A stretch of 64,000 nucleotides of DNA from Eledone cirrhosa. Its lineage: Eukaryota. The notes below the pieces were generated by a model that saw only the letters and a program-made list of their open reading frames with translations, did not search any database and was not told where the DNA came from. Positions 26,250-40,289 of this stretch are shown piece after piece (position 1 is the stretch's first letter; each line of letters starts with the position of its first letter). The translations under genes were made by a program, and so were the position numbers. Location: the NCBI GenBank assembly GCA_964016885.1, contig OZ024740.1:107384001-107448000 (forward strand). The letters are read 5' to 3'.

Positions 26250-29200
26250 TTTAGTGTTCTGTCAGACCCAGGATTATTTACTTGAGTAAATATCACTGGA
26301 ATCTAACTACTACATTTTATACAGAAAAGGATAAGATATATTTACAAAACACCATATCGAATACAAGTCTTCATTTTATTGTAACTCCGTTATAATTGTT
26401 GTACACAAATATCCTCGTACATATTTAGGTATAGTCCAAGCCCGTGATTAACATGTTTTATTGATGGAGTGGTGTGCGCATAAATGTTAGTATACCTGGA
26501 GTTATATGTTAGCAAACAGCAGTAAGAAAGGATCGGAATGCATGTCCATCTTTAGGCCCTTTGATGGGGGTCCCTAGGAAGATGTTATCTGTTCGAAGGA
26601 AAAACGCCAAAGAGAGAAAGAGCTGGTTGTGTTGCCGCTATTTATAACCTCTTTCCGGAAATTGCAAAAGGGGGTTCTAGACTTTCGACGGGAAGTAACT
26701 CTAACTACTTCCCTGTCTAGAGAGCGCTACAAGACTCCCCTCTCAGACGAGAACTCGAATGGCCAAATGAAATCATTGTAGCGAGAACGTGAGGAGCAAA
26801 ACGAAAGGTACAAGAACATGAATGAATCAAACACGAGCAAGCAAATAGCAATCAAGGTAGCCAACCGCTCTTGGCCAGAGAACGACTGGACATCTATCTA
26901 TCCATCACCCAAAGATACAATGTAACCAACTTAAAAGAAGAGGTCAAAGGAGCAAAGAAACGTGCTCGAACATAGTTATTAAAAAAAGTTCAAATGTTCA
27001 AAATAAAGGTAACATGGCAGCAGGGAAGAGAGTGTGTCCTCCAGAGAATGTATCCAGGTGGTTTCTGGACTGTGGTACAACGTGAAATTCCGAACCTCCG
27101 AAGGCGGTGGGATTTTCTCACAGGAAGAGTGCTGCAAAAATAAATTCTCTGTGTTTTGTTCTGCTGGTTTTGGTTGTTGATAAAGCAAAGATGAAGCTGT
27201 GTTGTTGTTGTTGTTGTCTCGCGGAGTGAGATAGCCCTTTCGAAGTTATTTCAATTCACAGTAAAAAGTTTCTCAGAAAAAATGAGTTGCGCAAAGTGCT
27301 AGAAATAATAGCCAAAGTTGTTGGTCGATGTTGAGAACGCGTTGACCTGGATGAGTCAAGAGGCCAGCGACCATAGAAATAAGTATTCTGAACAAATGCG
27401 CAGTTTTCAACGGCAAATTTACATGGTAAATTTTTAAACCGGCAAATAGGAGAATATAGCTTAAGGCTGGAGAATCCTTGGCAAGAAACATTATCTAGGG
27501 CGTGTGTTATCTCAGTGAGTCGAGATGTGTGCTCCCACACACGTGCCGAAACAAGGTTAAAGTCAAGTTGAATTAAAAAAATATTTCTTTAGCGCGAGAA
27601 AATGATAGTGGAACAGGTCGTTGGCAGCCATTTTGAAAAATTTGTGTGTGAACGTGACAATATGATGAAAAAGAAAGAAAGGCTTTATTCACTTTGTATA
27701 AAAAATATTGCGAGAGTTCAATTTTTTTGTGAAAGTGATGAAAAAGTAGCGAAAAAAGGCTTAGTTGAATGAGTAAGCGAGCTGTGATGTTCATCAAAAT
27801 TGACATGTTGAATATAAGAATACAGGAGTCCAAGTCTTTTTTAGTGTTCGTTCTGAGAAGAACGAAGGATATATCCAGTGAGTGAAACACATTTAAACGA
27901 TGTAAACACGTGAGGTGAAGAGTAAAATTTTTTCTTGTTTGTTTGCTGCTGAGAAAAAGATTACTTCTATTTTTCGTTGTAGACAGTTTCTGAGAAAAAA
28001 TCCATGTGGAATGTTGTTAGAGGATTTTTTTTCTTTTTTCTTGTTGTCCGAAATAGCGCCACGTAGGTGAGAAAAAGTTTGTCCAAACGAAAAGTTCAAC
28101 GTGTGTCTGTGTGTTCGTTTCATCTGTCTACGCGAATCAACAGTTCAATAAGTCATTCGATGTCACCATTAAAGCGAATGGCGAAATTAAATAGGCTGCA
28201 TTTTCTTGATTTATCGTCGGAGTTCACCACTTTAGAAGATATATGGTTATCGGTTATAAAGGATAGCTTGTCAATGTCCGATGGGAATATCTTCTATGTT
28301 TTTAATACGTTATGACTCCATTGATTTTACTGAAAGTTATTGGTAGTGTATGCATTGGTATCAGAGTAAAAACAACAGAGCTTATCAACGTAACAAATGT
28401 TTTAATTTTTTAACTTCCGCGAATCCGGCAATGACAACACATTTGAAAGAAAATTAGTTGCATTTTCAAAATTATATACGCACGTGGTGGTAACATGAAT
28501 GGTTGAAGTGATGTAACACGGAGGAAGCAAAATGGCGGATACAAAAACGAAAGCTGTGTTGAAAACGAAAACACGAGGTGCAAAAAATTTTTTTTCACTT
28601 TATGCGTATCCAGGAATTATCATTATTTTTTTTTCGTTGGTGTTTCTGTACGTCGGGTCACCATTTTAGTGTTCTGTCAGACCCAGGATTATTTACTTGA
28701 GTAAACATCACCGGAATCTAACTACTAAATTTTATACAGACAAGGATAAGATATATTTACAAAACACCATATCGAATACAAGTCTTCATTTTATTGTAAC
28801 TCCGTTATAATTGTTGTACACAAATATCCTCGTACATATTTAGGTATAGTCCAAGCCCGTGATTAACATGTTTTATTGATGGAGTGGTGTGTGCATAAAT
28901 GTTAGTATACCTGGAGTTATATGTTAGCAAACAGCAGTAAGAAAGGATCGGAATGCATGTCCATCTCTAGGCCCTTTGATGGGGGTCCCTAGGAAGATGT
29001 TATCTGTTCAAAGGAAAAACGCCAAAGAGAGAAAGAGCTTGTAGCAAGAGTTCCCTCCCTTATCACCAGTAGCGCTCTCTAGACAGGAAGTAGCTGGAGT
29101 TACTTCCCGTTGAGGTGGTAGAGCCTTCTTTGTCACTTCCGTCCAGGGAACCCTATAAAGGAGAGAGCTTTCAGCTCTCTCCCTCTCTTCTAACCTGCCT

Positions 29201-31203
29201 GGCCCTTCGGCCAGGCTCGCGTTCGCCGAGGCTATACTCTCTGACAACCTGAACATGGTAATGTAAAGAACACTTGGTCTCTTGCGAGATGATTTCAAAA
29301 CGGTAATACAACTAACTTTAATTCATTCTTTCAACTCTCTTGGCATGTCAACTATTCTGCTCTACATAACTCAACGTTGTTAAATAAACATTGTACACAC
29401 AACCTAGTGTCTTGTTATATTCATACAACCCAGTGTCGCTGTTATAAGTGGTGACCCCGAGAAAAAAATAATAGGATCTGGTGTTGTGTGAATATGATAA
29501 AAAACAAAAAAAAAATAATTAATTAGCAGTATTTCAAAAAGAAAAAATTCCTCTAACAACATTCAACATGGATTTTGTCTCAAACGAAAAATAGAAGTAA
29601 TCTTTTCCTCAGCAGCAAACAAACAAGAAAAAATTTCGCTTTTCACCTCACGTGTTTACATCGTTTAAATGTCGCTACTTTTTCATCACTTTCAAAAAAA
29701 AAAAATTGAACTCTCGCTATATACAAATCCTTTCCTTCTTTTTCATCATATTATCACGTTCACACAAATTTTTCAAAATGGCTGCCAACGACCCGTTGCA
29801 CTATCATTTTCGCGCCATTTTCTCGCGCAATAGAAATATTTTTTATTCAACTTTACTTTAACCTTGTTTCGGCACGTGTGGGCAGCATACATCTCACAGA
29901 GATAACACACGCCATAGATAATGTTTCTTGCCAAGGATTCTCCAACCTTAAGCTATATTCTCCTATTTGCCGGTTTAAAAATTTACCACGTAAATTTGCC
30001 GTTGAAAACTGCGCATTTATTCAGAATGCTTATTTCTTTGGTCGCTGGTCTCTTGACCCTTCCAGGTCAACGCGTTCTCAACATCGACCATCAACTTTGG
30101 CTGTTATTTCTAGCACTTTGCGCAACTCATTTTTTCTTGGAAACTTTTTACTGCGAATTTAAACAACATCGAATAGGCTCACTCTGCGAGACAACATCAA
30201 CAACAACAACACAGCTTCATCTTTGCTTTATCAACAACCAAAACCAACAGAACAAAACAATTTATTTTTGCAGCACTCTTCCTGTGAGAAAATCCCAATT
30301 TCACGTTGTACCACAGTCCAGAAACCACCTGCATACATTCTCTTGAGGACACACTCTCTTTCCTGCTGTCACCTGTGAACTGTATTTTGAACATTTGAAC
30401 CTTTTTTTAATAACTACGTTCGAGCACGTTTCTTTGCTCCTTTGACCTATTCTTTTGGTTTGATTACATTGTATCTTTGAGTGATGGATAGATAGATGTC
30501 CAGTCGTACTCTGGCCAAGAGCGGTTGGCTACCTTGATATCTATCATTGATTTTTGCATGCTTATATTTTGCTGTTTTCCTTTTATTGCAAACATTATTT
30601 TTTTGTAATTCTCATGCCTGGACTTTGGTGTTACATGCTCGCCATCTTACTCCATACATGGTTCATTCGATTTTGTTTTAAAAATCTGGCGGGGGATAAT
30701 GTAGCAAGAGTTACCTCCCTTATCACCAGTAGCGCTCTCTAGACAGGAAGTAGCTGGAGTTACTTCCCGTTGAGGTGGCAGAGCCTTCTTTGTCACTTCC
30801 GTCCAGGGAACCCTATAAAGGAGAGAGCTTTCAGCTCTCTCCCTCTCTTCTAACCTGCCTGGCCCTTCGGCCAGGTTCGCCGAGGCTATACTCTCTGGCA
30901 ACCTGAACATGGTAATATAAAGACCACTTGGTCTCTTGCGAGATGACTTCACAACTAACTTTAATTCATTCTTTCAACTCTCTTGGCATGTCAACTATTC
31001 TGCTCTACATAACTCAACCTTGTTAAATAAAATTTATACACACAACCTAGTGTCTCGCTTTTATATTCATACAACCCAGTAAACCTGTTATAAGCTGGTT
31101 GTGTTGCCGCTATTTATAACCTCTTTCCGGAAATTGCAAAAGAGGGTTCTAGACTTTCGACGGGAAGTAACTCTAACTACTTCCCTGTCTAGAGAGCGCT
31201 ACA
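26250..31203 (-). mobile_element. Non-autonomous LTR retroelement A (outer)
   Basis: LTRs 26250-26731 and 28665-29039+31093-31203, near-identical; GATC TSD at 26246-26249 and 31204-31207; PBS TGGTGACCCGACGT at 28650-28663; PPT GAGAGGGGAG next to the 3' LTR; no gag/pol ORF. Confidence 0.92.
29040..31092 (+). mobile_element. Non-autonomous LTR retroelement B (inner, inserted in the 5' LTR of A)
   Basis: LTRs 29040-29446 and 30700-31092; AGCT TSD at 29036-29039 and 31093-31096; PBS TGGTGACCCCGA at 29449-29460; PPT GGCGGGGGATAA. Confidence 0.92.
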
Positions 31204-33410
31204 GATCCTTGGAGTAACGTTACTCAATAGAATGCATAGCTCAGAGATAAGAGAGTCGCTTCAGGTAGAACCACTATTTCTCCGGATTGAGAGGTCACAA
31301 CTCCGATACTATGGGCATGTGGTTAAAATGTCTCAGGAAAGAATCGCTGGACAGATTTTACGGGCAAAACTAACCGGCAGGGGACCCATAAGGAAACCTC
31401 GAGCAAGATGGTTGGATAACATCCATGAGATTGGCTGGTCTCGCTTGGGGATCCAGCCGGATCAGTGGAAGATGGTTGCTTCTCACAGGCCCCACTAGGA
31501 GTATTCGAGGACTCTTCCCCCACGACCCTCTCAGGAATAAGTGGGTGAATAAAAAGAATATTTGTTTTGTTTTTTAATGTATTTGGTTCTTAATAAAAAG
31601 TATGGAGATTGTCACTAAAGCCATATTTCAACTAACAAGCTACCAGCCAGTGAACGCTGGCTCCAGCAAAACAGTATACATGGACGCTCATGAAGGTGTT
31701 ATGTTATTAAGCTATTCAAATGAACATCTGGCAAAGATGAACATAACATCTTAGAAAAAAACATCATTGATTACGTCCTTGAAAACGATTGTATGATGAC
31801 TGTAGAAACGGCGGATATTTTTTGTAGTTTAATCTTGTTTACATTTATAATAACAAGAATTCATTAATAAGATATTATAATCATGATGTTTCACATAAAA
31901 ATAGAATTCGTGGGATCATATAAATATAAAGTTAGTTAATATAACACAAAAATATATAATCAAAGCGAAAAATAATAGTATCAATTCAACTATAAGTACG
32001 TCAATCGGTCACACACCACAGGGAGCATCGGAACCTCCCTCAAATACTTTTTGAGGCAAACTAATACGCTCACAGCATTACTGCCGGTGATGGCGAGGCT
32101 ATGGCGCCGAAACAACCAAGCACCCTAACGGGCATCACCTGACACCTCGGTAAGGCGAGCCGCTAACAAGAACTTCGCTGTCAGCGGCCCAACTCCCCCA
32201 AACGTCTCGAACGTCACAGGCTGGAAGAAATAGTTTACCGACAATTTTTATTTTTATTTAGTTCTGAAGAACTGTAAACAACTTTGAGTAAAACTCCGTG
32301 TTTGAAAGAAAAATTGCTATCAATATATTTACACATCGATTAATTCAGATAAATGTGTGTGTGTGAGAACATATGTACAAATGAGAAATAAAAGTACTCA
32401 ATATACGTGTGTATGTGAAGGTGTGTGGCTTGATTGAGACTAGGCGGTGGGTTGTGTACTTGAGCAGGACCCTTTATTTCATGTTATTCCACCAATTCAC
32501 TCACCTGTAGAAATGAGTTGCGACGTCTCAGGTGCTTTTCTCTTGGACAACATCAGTGACATGAAGAGGGGAGATCGGCATATATGGGCAACTGCTTGTC
32601 TTCCACAAAAACACCTTGTTCAGTTTTGTGTACTTTCTAGGAGCAAATCCCATGGTCATTCATAACCGAAGGGTTTTTTTTCTCCATTTATATATGTAAT
32701 CTATATACTTATATGCGTGCATGATACGGTTAAGTTATAATTGTTTCTACCTTTGGCACACGGCCAGCAATTACTCAGTACATTACTGGTACTTTATTTT
32801 ATCGACCCCGTAAGGATGAAAGGCAAAGTTAACCTCGACAGGATTTGAACTCAGACCGTAATGGGACGTAACTATGCTAGAAAGCATGGCGTCTAACACT
32901 CTACCGATACTGCCAATTCACGGTTAAGTTATAATGGAATACTGACTTTGATGACATCCTTCAATCACATACACGAGTATCTCATTATTAAAACTATATA
33001 GTGTTATTCATGCGTATCTACTCACATTAATACTAACTAATGCTCATAACGATACTTGACTACATCTGTGGTAATGCCGTGCGTGTGCTCACCTAAAAAA
33101 TATATTTAGAGGGCAACAGTAGCATTCTTTGTTGCCGTGTGCAATTGAATGTGCATCTCTTCTCGCGGTTTTTCTTTCTCTCTACTCTTTTGTATTGATT
33201 TGTTTCTTTTTTAAGTCGTTTGTTTTTATACATGATATAACTTAATACACATAATTTGCTTGTTGAAATTAAATAAACCATATGGCGCAAACACTATGCT
33301 GATTTCTCCCGTGATAATCTTAATATCCCATTCAATTTAACTCTAACACCTGGTCCTTTGGTGGTTTCAGCCGAGTTCATAAAAAGCTTACTGTTTCCTC
33401 TCACCCCACC

Positions 33411-35830
<2,420 letters not shown>

Positions 35831-37027
35831 AACATGCTGTAAGGGTTGGTTTCTATCCACTGCTCTGGGACAAAACCGTTGTTAAGGCAGAATTGGAAGA
35901 AGATTGAAAGCTGGTGCAACTGTTCAGACTAGACATTTATCCCTCCAATCTGGGATAACTGCGTCTTCCGACTAACTAATAAAACTTCATGGCTTTGGCA
36001 TCATCTCTCAGTACTCCCACTGCATGTCATTTTCAGACATCGTACAAAACACTTTATTCAACATTTCCTTGCTATCATCATACTCCTAGACATTTTCTCT
36101 CGTTCCCTAATTTCATTGATTAGGAATTCGAGATAATATATAATATCGCATGGGAGAACAGAACTATAATCACCGAAAAAAACGCCACATCTTTTGCTAC
36201 GAAAAAAAAAAAAAAAAGGTTTAAACCTGAATTTAAGTGTTTCCAGTGTTTTTTTTTAAATAGATATGTTTTTTATGGTATTTTTTTTAATAGATATGTT
36301 TTTTATGGTATTTAATTAAAATATGACTTTTTCTCAAATTACTTTTTTCCCTGGTTCAGAAAAACATGGTAAAATCATTCTTCAATTTTAATTTTAAATC
36401 CCGCCAAGTGTCGATCACCCCTCACATTCCAACTAATATATCTGACCTTTGACCTCTGTTCTGCTAGCAGACCAGCAGAACAGAGAAGGAGCGAGCTGGG
36501 TGTCAATGAACTTAATCACTTCATGTTTTAGTTCTTTTATTCTGTCCTGATACATGTACTCTACACTATACGCCTGTGACTCATATATAAATCATACGTA
36601 TTTAGCAATAAATATATTTTTAAATCTATAATACTAGGTAAAATTTCGTCTATTATATTAATTCCACAATAATTGCTATGAAACATAGTTGCGGATCATG
36701 TCCGAAAACAAGACCGAAAGAGAATTCCACTTAAAGAAAATAGGGAGTGTATGTGTTTTTTAACGTTAGAAACCCAATTGGTTGAGAAGCAGTCACCAAT
36801 ATTCCTGTACTTACCATTAACAGGTGTTCGAAATATTTGGAAGGGGAGTGAGGGGGGCGTTTTAGATTGAGAGTAGCGCCCCCTTGCAAGACCAGAGGCC
36901 ATTTAAATCACTTAACAAAAACCACCACAGCCTGATGCTCACTGCTGCTTCTTTTTTTTTCTCTCTTTCTCGCTAGTTTTCTTTATGTTACCGTAATCTC
37001 ATTTTGGTGCTTAAAGTGATTATCATA

Positions 37028-37120
37028 ATGTCTTCGTCGTCGGCACACAACAAAATAACTCCTGGACATGCGATAACCTACGATGTTTTTGTAGCTAATC
37101 TTCCTTCCGATGCCAACGAG
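37028..37120 (+). CDS. STK31: STK31/TDRD8-like protein exon 1 (MSSSSAHNKITPGHAITYDVFVANLPSDANE; RRM RNP2)
   Basis: ATG at 37028, VFVANL = RNP2 motif, GTAATT donor in phase 0. Confidence 0.8.
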
Positions 37121-37664
37121 GTAATTAAATATATTCATCTTTTAAACCAAATGATATGTATTTATTTATTTCGCACATTTGTATTCATTGTTTTTAATTC
37201 ATTCATACATTATTATTATAAATAGATAAATTATTTATCGAATAACAACAACGTATGTTTATTTTTCTATCCTCTTTTAATATGCAATCAAGTCATTGAT
37301 GTAATTCTACAAATTGTTAAATAAAAGCAATGAAAACGAATCTAGAGTTTATGTTATATAGAATAATTTGATTTCGAAGTAAAAACCATGCAAACAACAA
37401 CACTCAGTTGAACTAATCTAAAGTACGCCAGTAAGGGCGATATTTAAATGATTAAAGCTTGATAAAAGAAATCAAGAGCAGCTACAGTTCATAAGTGAAT
37501 GAAAAACTTGAGGCTGTCCCTCTCTGCACGTCAGTAAAGAGGAAAACATGTGTCTGGAAGAAACCATGTGCAGCGAAACCCCGTTCCGTAAATGACAACA
37601 TGGCGCGCCATTTTCGATTCTGTTAAGAATTTTTTGTATAAAACATTGTTCACAAATAAATGAA

Positions 37665-37704
<40 letters not shown>

Positions 37705-39404
37705 TGTGTATGTGTGCTTTCATATATTAGGCTTTCGTGTCGGACATTCAGTTCAAATAATATTTATAATATAACTATTATGTTATTTGCTTTCTTCATA
37801 TTTTATTGCTTGATGTAATAAATATTTTAGTAGAGTACGGTTTAGTCTAATTAGGGGTTTGTTAAGAGTAAATTGGGAACGTTTGTTAATATTTTCTCTG
37901 GTGATCGATCGATACGATAGAAACAAGAATGGCGTGAGTGTATGTAGTAAGACGGTCTGTTCTAATGGTTTGTCACCAACTAATATATCTTCGTCTCTTG
38001 TTTATTGATACTATACTGCTTATACTATCAGTGTGCGTGTGCTATTGAAAAAAAAAAACGTGCTAGTCGTCACACTTTTCGTACTCTCTAATGCTTAGTT
38101 TGTTAAAATTTATTAATCATTTCTGCTATACTAACTTCTATGTATATGTGCGTGCGATTTTAATGTATACGATTTTAATCACTTTAGTTAGTATTCGGAT
38201 ACATCTCCAAACAGTCACGACTTCAATGCCATGTTTAGCAAACTGAAAATCGATAAAGAATATTCTCCCTCCCATCGTATCCTATCAACTGCTACGAACA
38301 ACTTGAGTCAAACTATCGATCTTAGTAGCCGCCCTTCTCCCCCGTAGATCATTGTTGTTTCAGCAACTACAATGAAAACTATTCCCTTCTTTTTACCATC
38401 ACCTTGCAACTTCTAATTAACTGGCTGGTCGAGGACACCAGCTTCCCTGTGAGCAACCTGTGTTTATTATGTTCTGAATGCTTCCTGTTACAAACATGCC
38501 GGGATGGTAGTAGATTTGATAGACACATTGTCACTTTATTTCTCTCTCTCTCTCTCGCGTGCTTTTCACATAACCTTTCTGTTTATTTACTATTGTTGAG
38601 CATTTGATAGTTCAAAGACGTGATGATAATCGCACGCACTCACACATACGTTCCCTGACACAGTGTCTGTAATTTTCAGTAAAAATAAAATTATTGCTTC
38701 AATTAAGGAACACCGTGTATATGTATGATACGATGGACTCTCGTTGTGTTCGATCAACTATAGTACCTACTAAATGAATTATAATTGTTTCTACTTTTGG
38801 CACAAGGCTAGCAATTATTCAGTGCATTACTGGTACTTTATTTTATCGACCAAGTGGCTAAGCAATCCGGTTGTGATTTTAACGTGATTAATTCTCAGTC
38901 AGAATCTACCGTGTATACTCAAATATAAGTCGACCCTATTTTTTTTATGCCTGAGAAATAGGCAAAAATCCAAACCCCATTTATAGGTCGAGGCAGGTAA
39001 TCAACACATTATGCTTAGGTAGTACGGTTTTGAAATTCTCATGAATGGAGAGTATATTTATGAAGTTTTTATATGTTTATACTTAAAATGTTCTAAATGT
39101 CGTTTAAAGTATAATTTTTGTTTCACAACTCTATTATGTAATGATTTCTTTTTTTTTTTTTGTTTTTGTTGCCAATTTTGAAGGCCATATTCATTCACAA
39201 CACATCAAAAACAATAGGAAATAGGAATTTCACGGCGAAAGTGAAACGGTGTAAAATATTGACCTCGAATATAACCCCTCTCCCCCCACCACCACACACA
39301 CCATTTCTCGGTTTATATATGGTATATAACAAGAATGGTTCTTTTCTAATTTAACCTATAATTTGTCTTAACACGCGCAAGTTTTATACACACACACACA
39401 CACA

Positions 39405-39454
<50 letters not shown>

Positions 39455-40289
39455 CGTGTGTGTGTGTCATCATTTTTACGTCCGTTTTTCCACGCTTGCA
39501 TAGGTTGGACGGTTCCTTTTCAGCACGGCATCTCTCCACTCATCTCGAAAGCACTAACATGACTAGTGTGAGCACTGTATACTCAATTTGTGAGAGTTAC
39601 ATTTGTCGTACTGTTCAAGTTTTAGCAGAGTTTTTTTCTGGCTGGATGCCTTTCCTATCACCAACCACCTTATGTGTGAACGGGGTGTATTATTCGTGCC
39701 ACCAGCACTGGAGAGGTTGTCATACTGGACTCAAGAGTTCTCTTCACTCTGTGTTAGTTTTTATTTGGAGTGCCTATTCTCTTAGACGGGTTGCATTCAC
39801 TACAGCTTACTGAGCCCACATATGTGTGTGACCATTTTTCTTACTACGAGAGTAAAGGAGAGATGTTTCTCATGAGTACTCAATACAAAATAGTAGATAT
39901 TGTATATTTATTAACATAATTTATCCTTACAAAAATATTTTGTTTCGCTCAGTGAGCAACTGCTTTTTGTAAGGATTAAGTCTATGAAATGTATAGGTTT
40001 AGTTGTACAAATGGTAGAAAAAACTCAATACATGGGTAGAGTGATGTATATTTATTGTAGTTATTAAAAGTGCACTTCAGTCTGAAGTTCCTAGCATTTG
40101 AGTCACTGGTATAGCTTCACGGCTATATCATCATCAGCATCGTCCGTTTTTCCATGCTTGGTTGGACGGCTCCTTTTCTGCACATCTTTCCACTCACCAC
40201 ATTCCTTTGTCATCTCCTCTGTGAGTTTCGGTGATTATAGATCAGCTCTCACCGCCTCTGCCAAGGTCTTCCTTGGTTTATTTCTACTA

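Larger units (their letters stand above)
26060..31550 (+). mobile_element. RTE (second family) 3' fragment, split at GATC by the LTR element
   Basis: 26060-26249 continues into 31204-31550 (ERSQLRYYGHVVKMSQERIAGQIL); antisense copies at 52620-53420, 54720-55440, 61050-61690. Confidence 0.8.

Noticed and set aside
27256-30346. ORFs shared by LTR elements A and B (94-141 aa) as possible accessory proteins
   Set aside because: Overlapping frames, no recognisable gag/pol/env motifs, and ends differ between copies; shared because the DNA is homologous.
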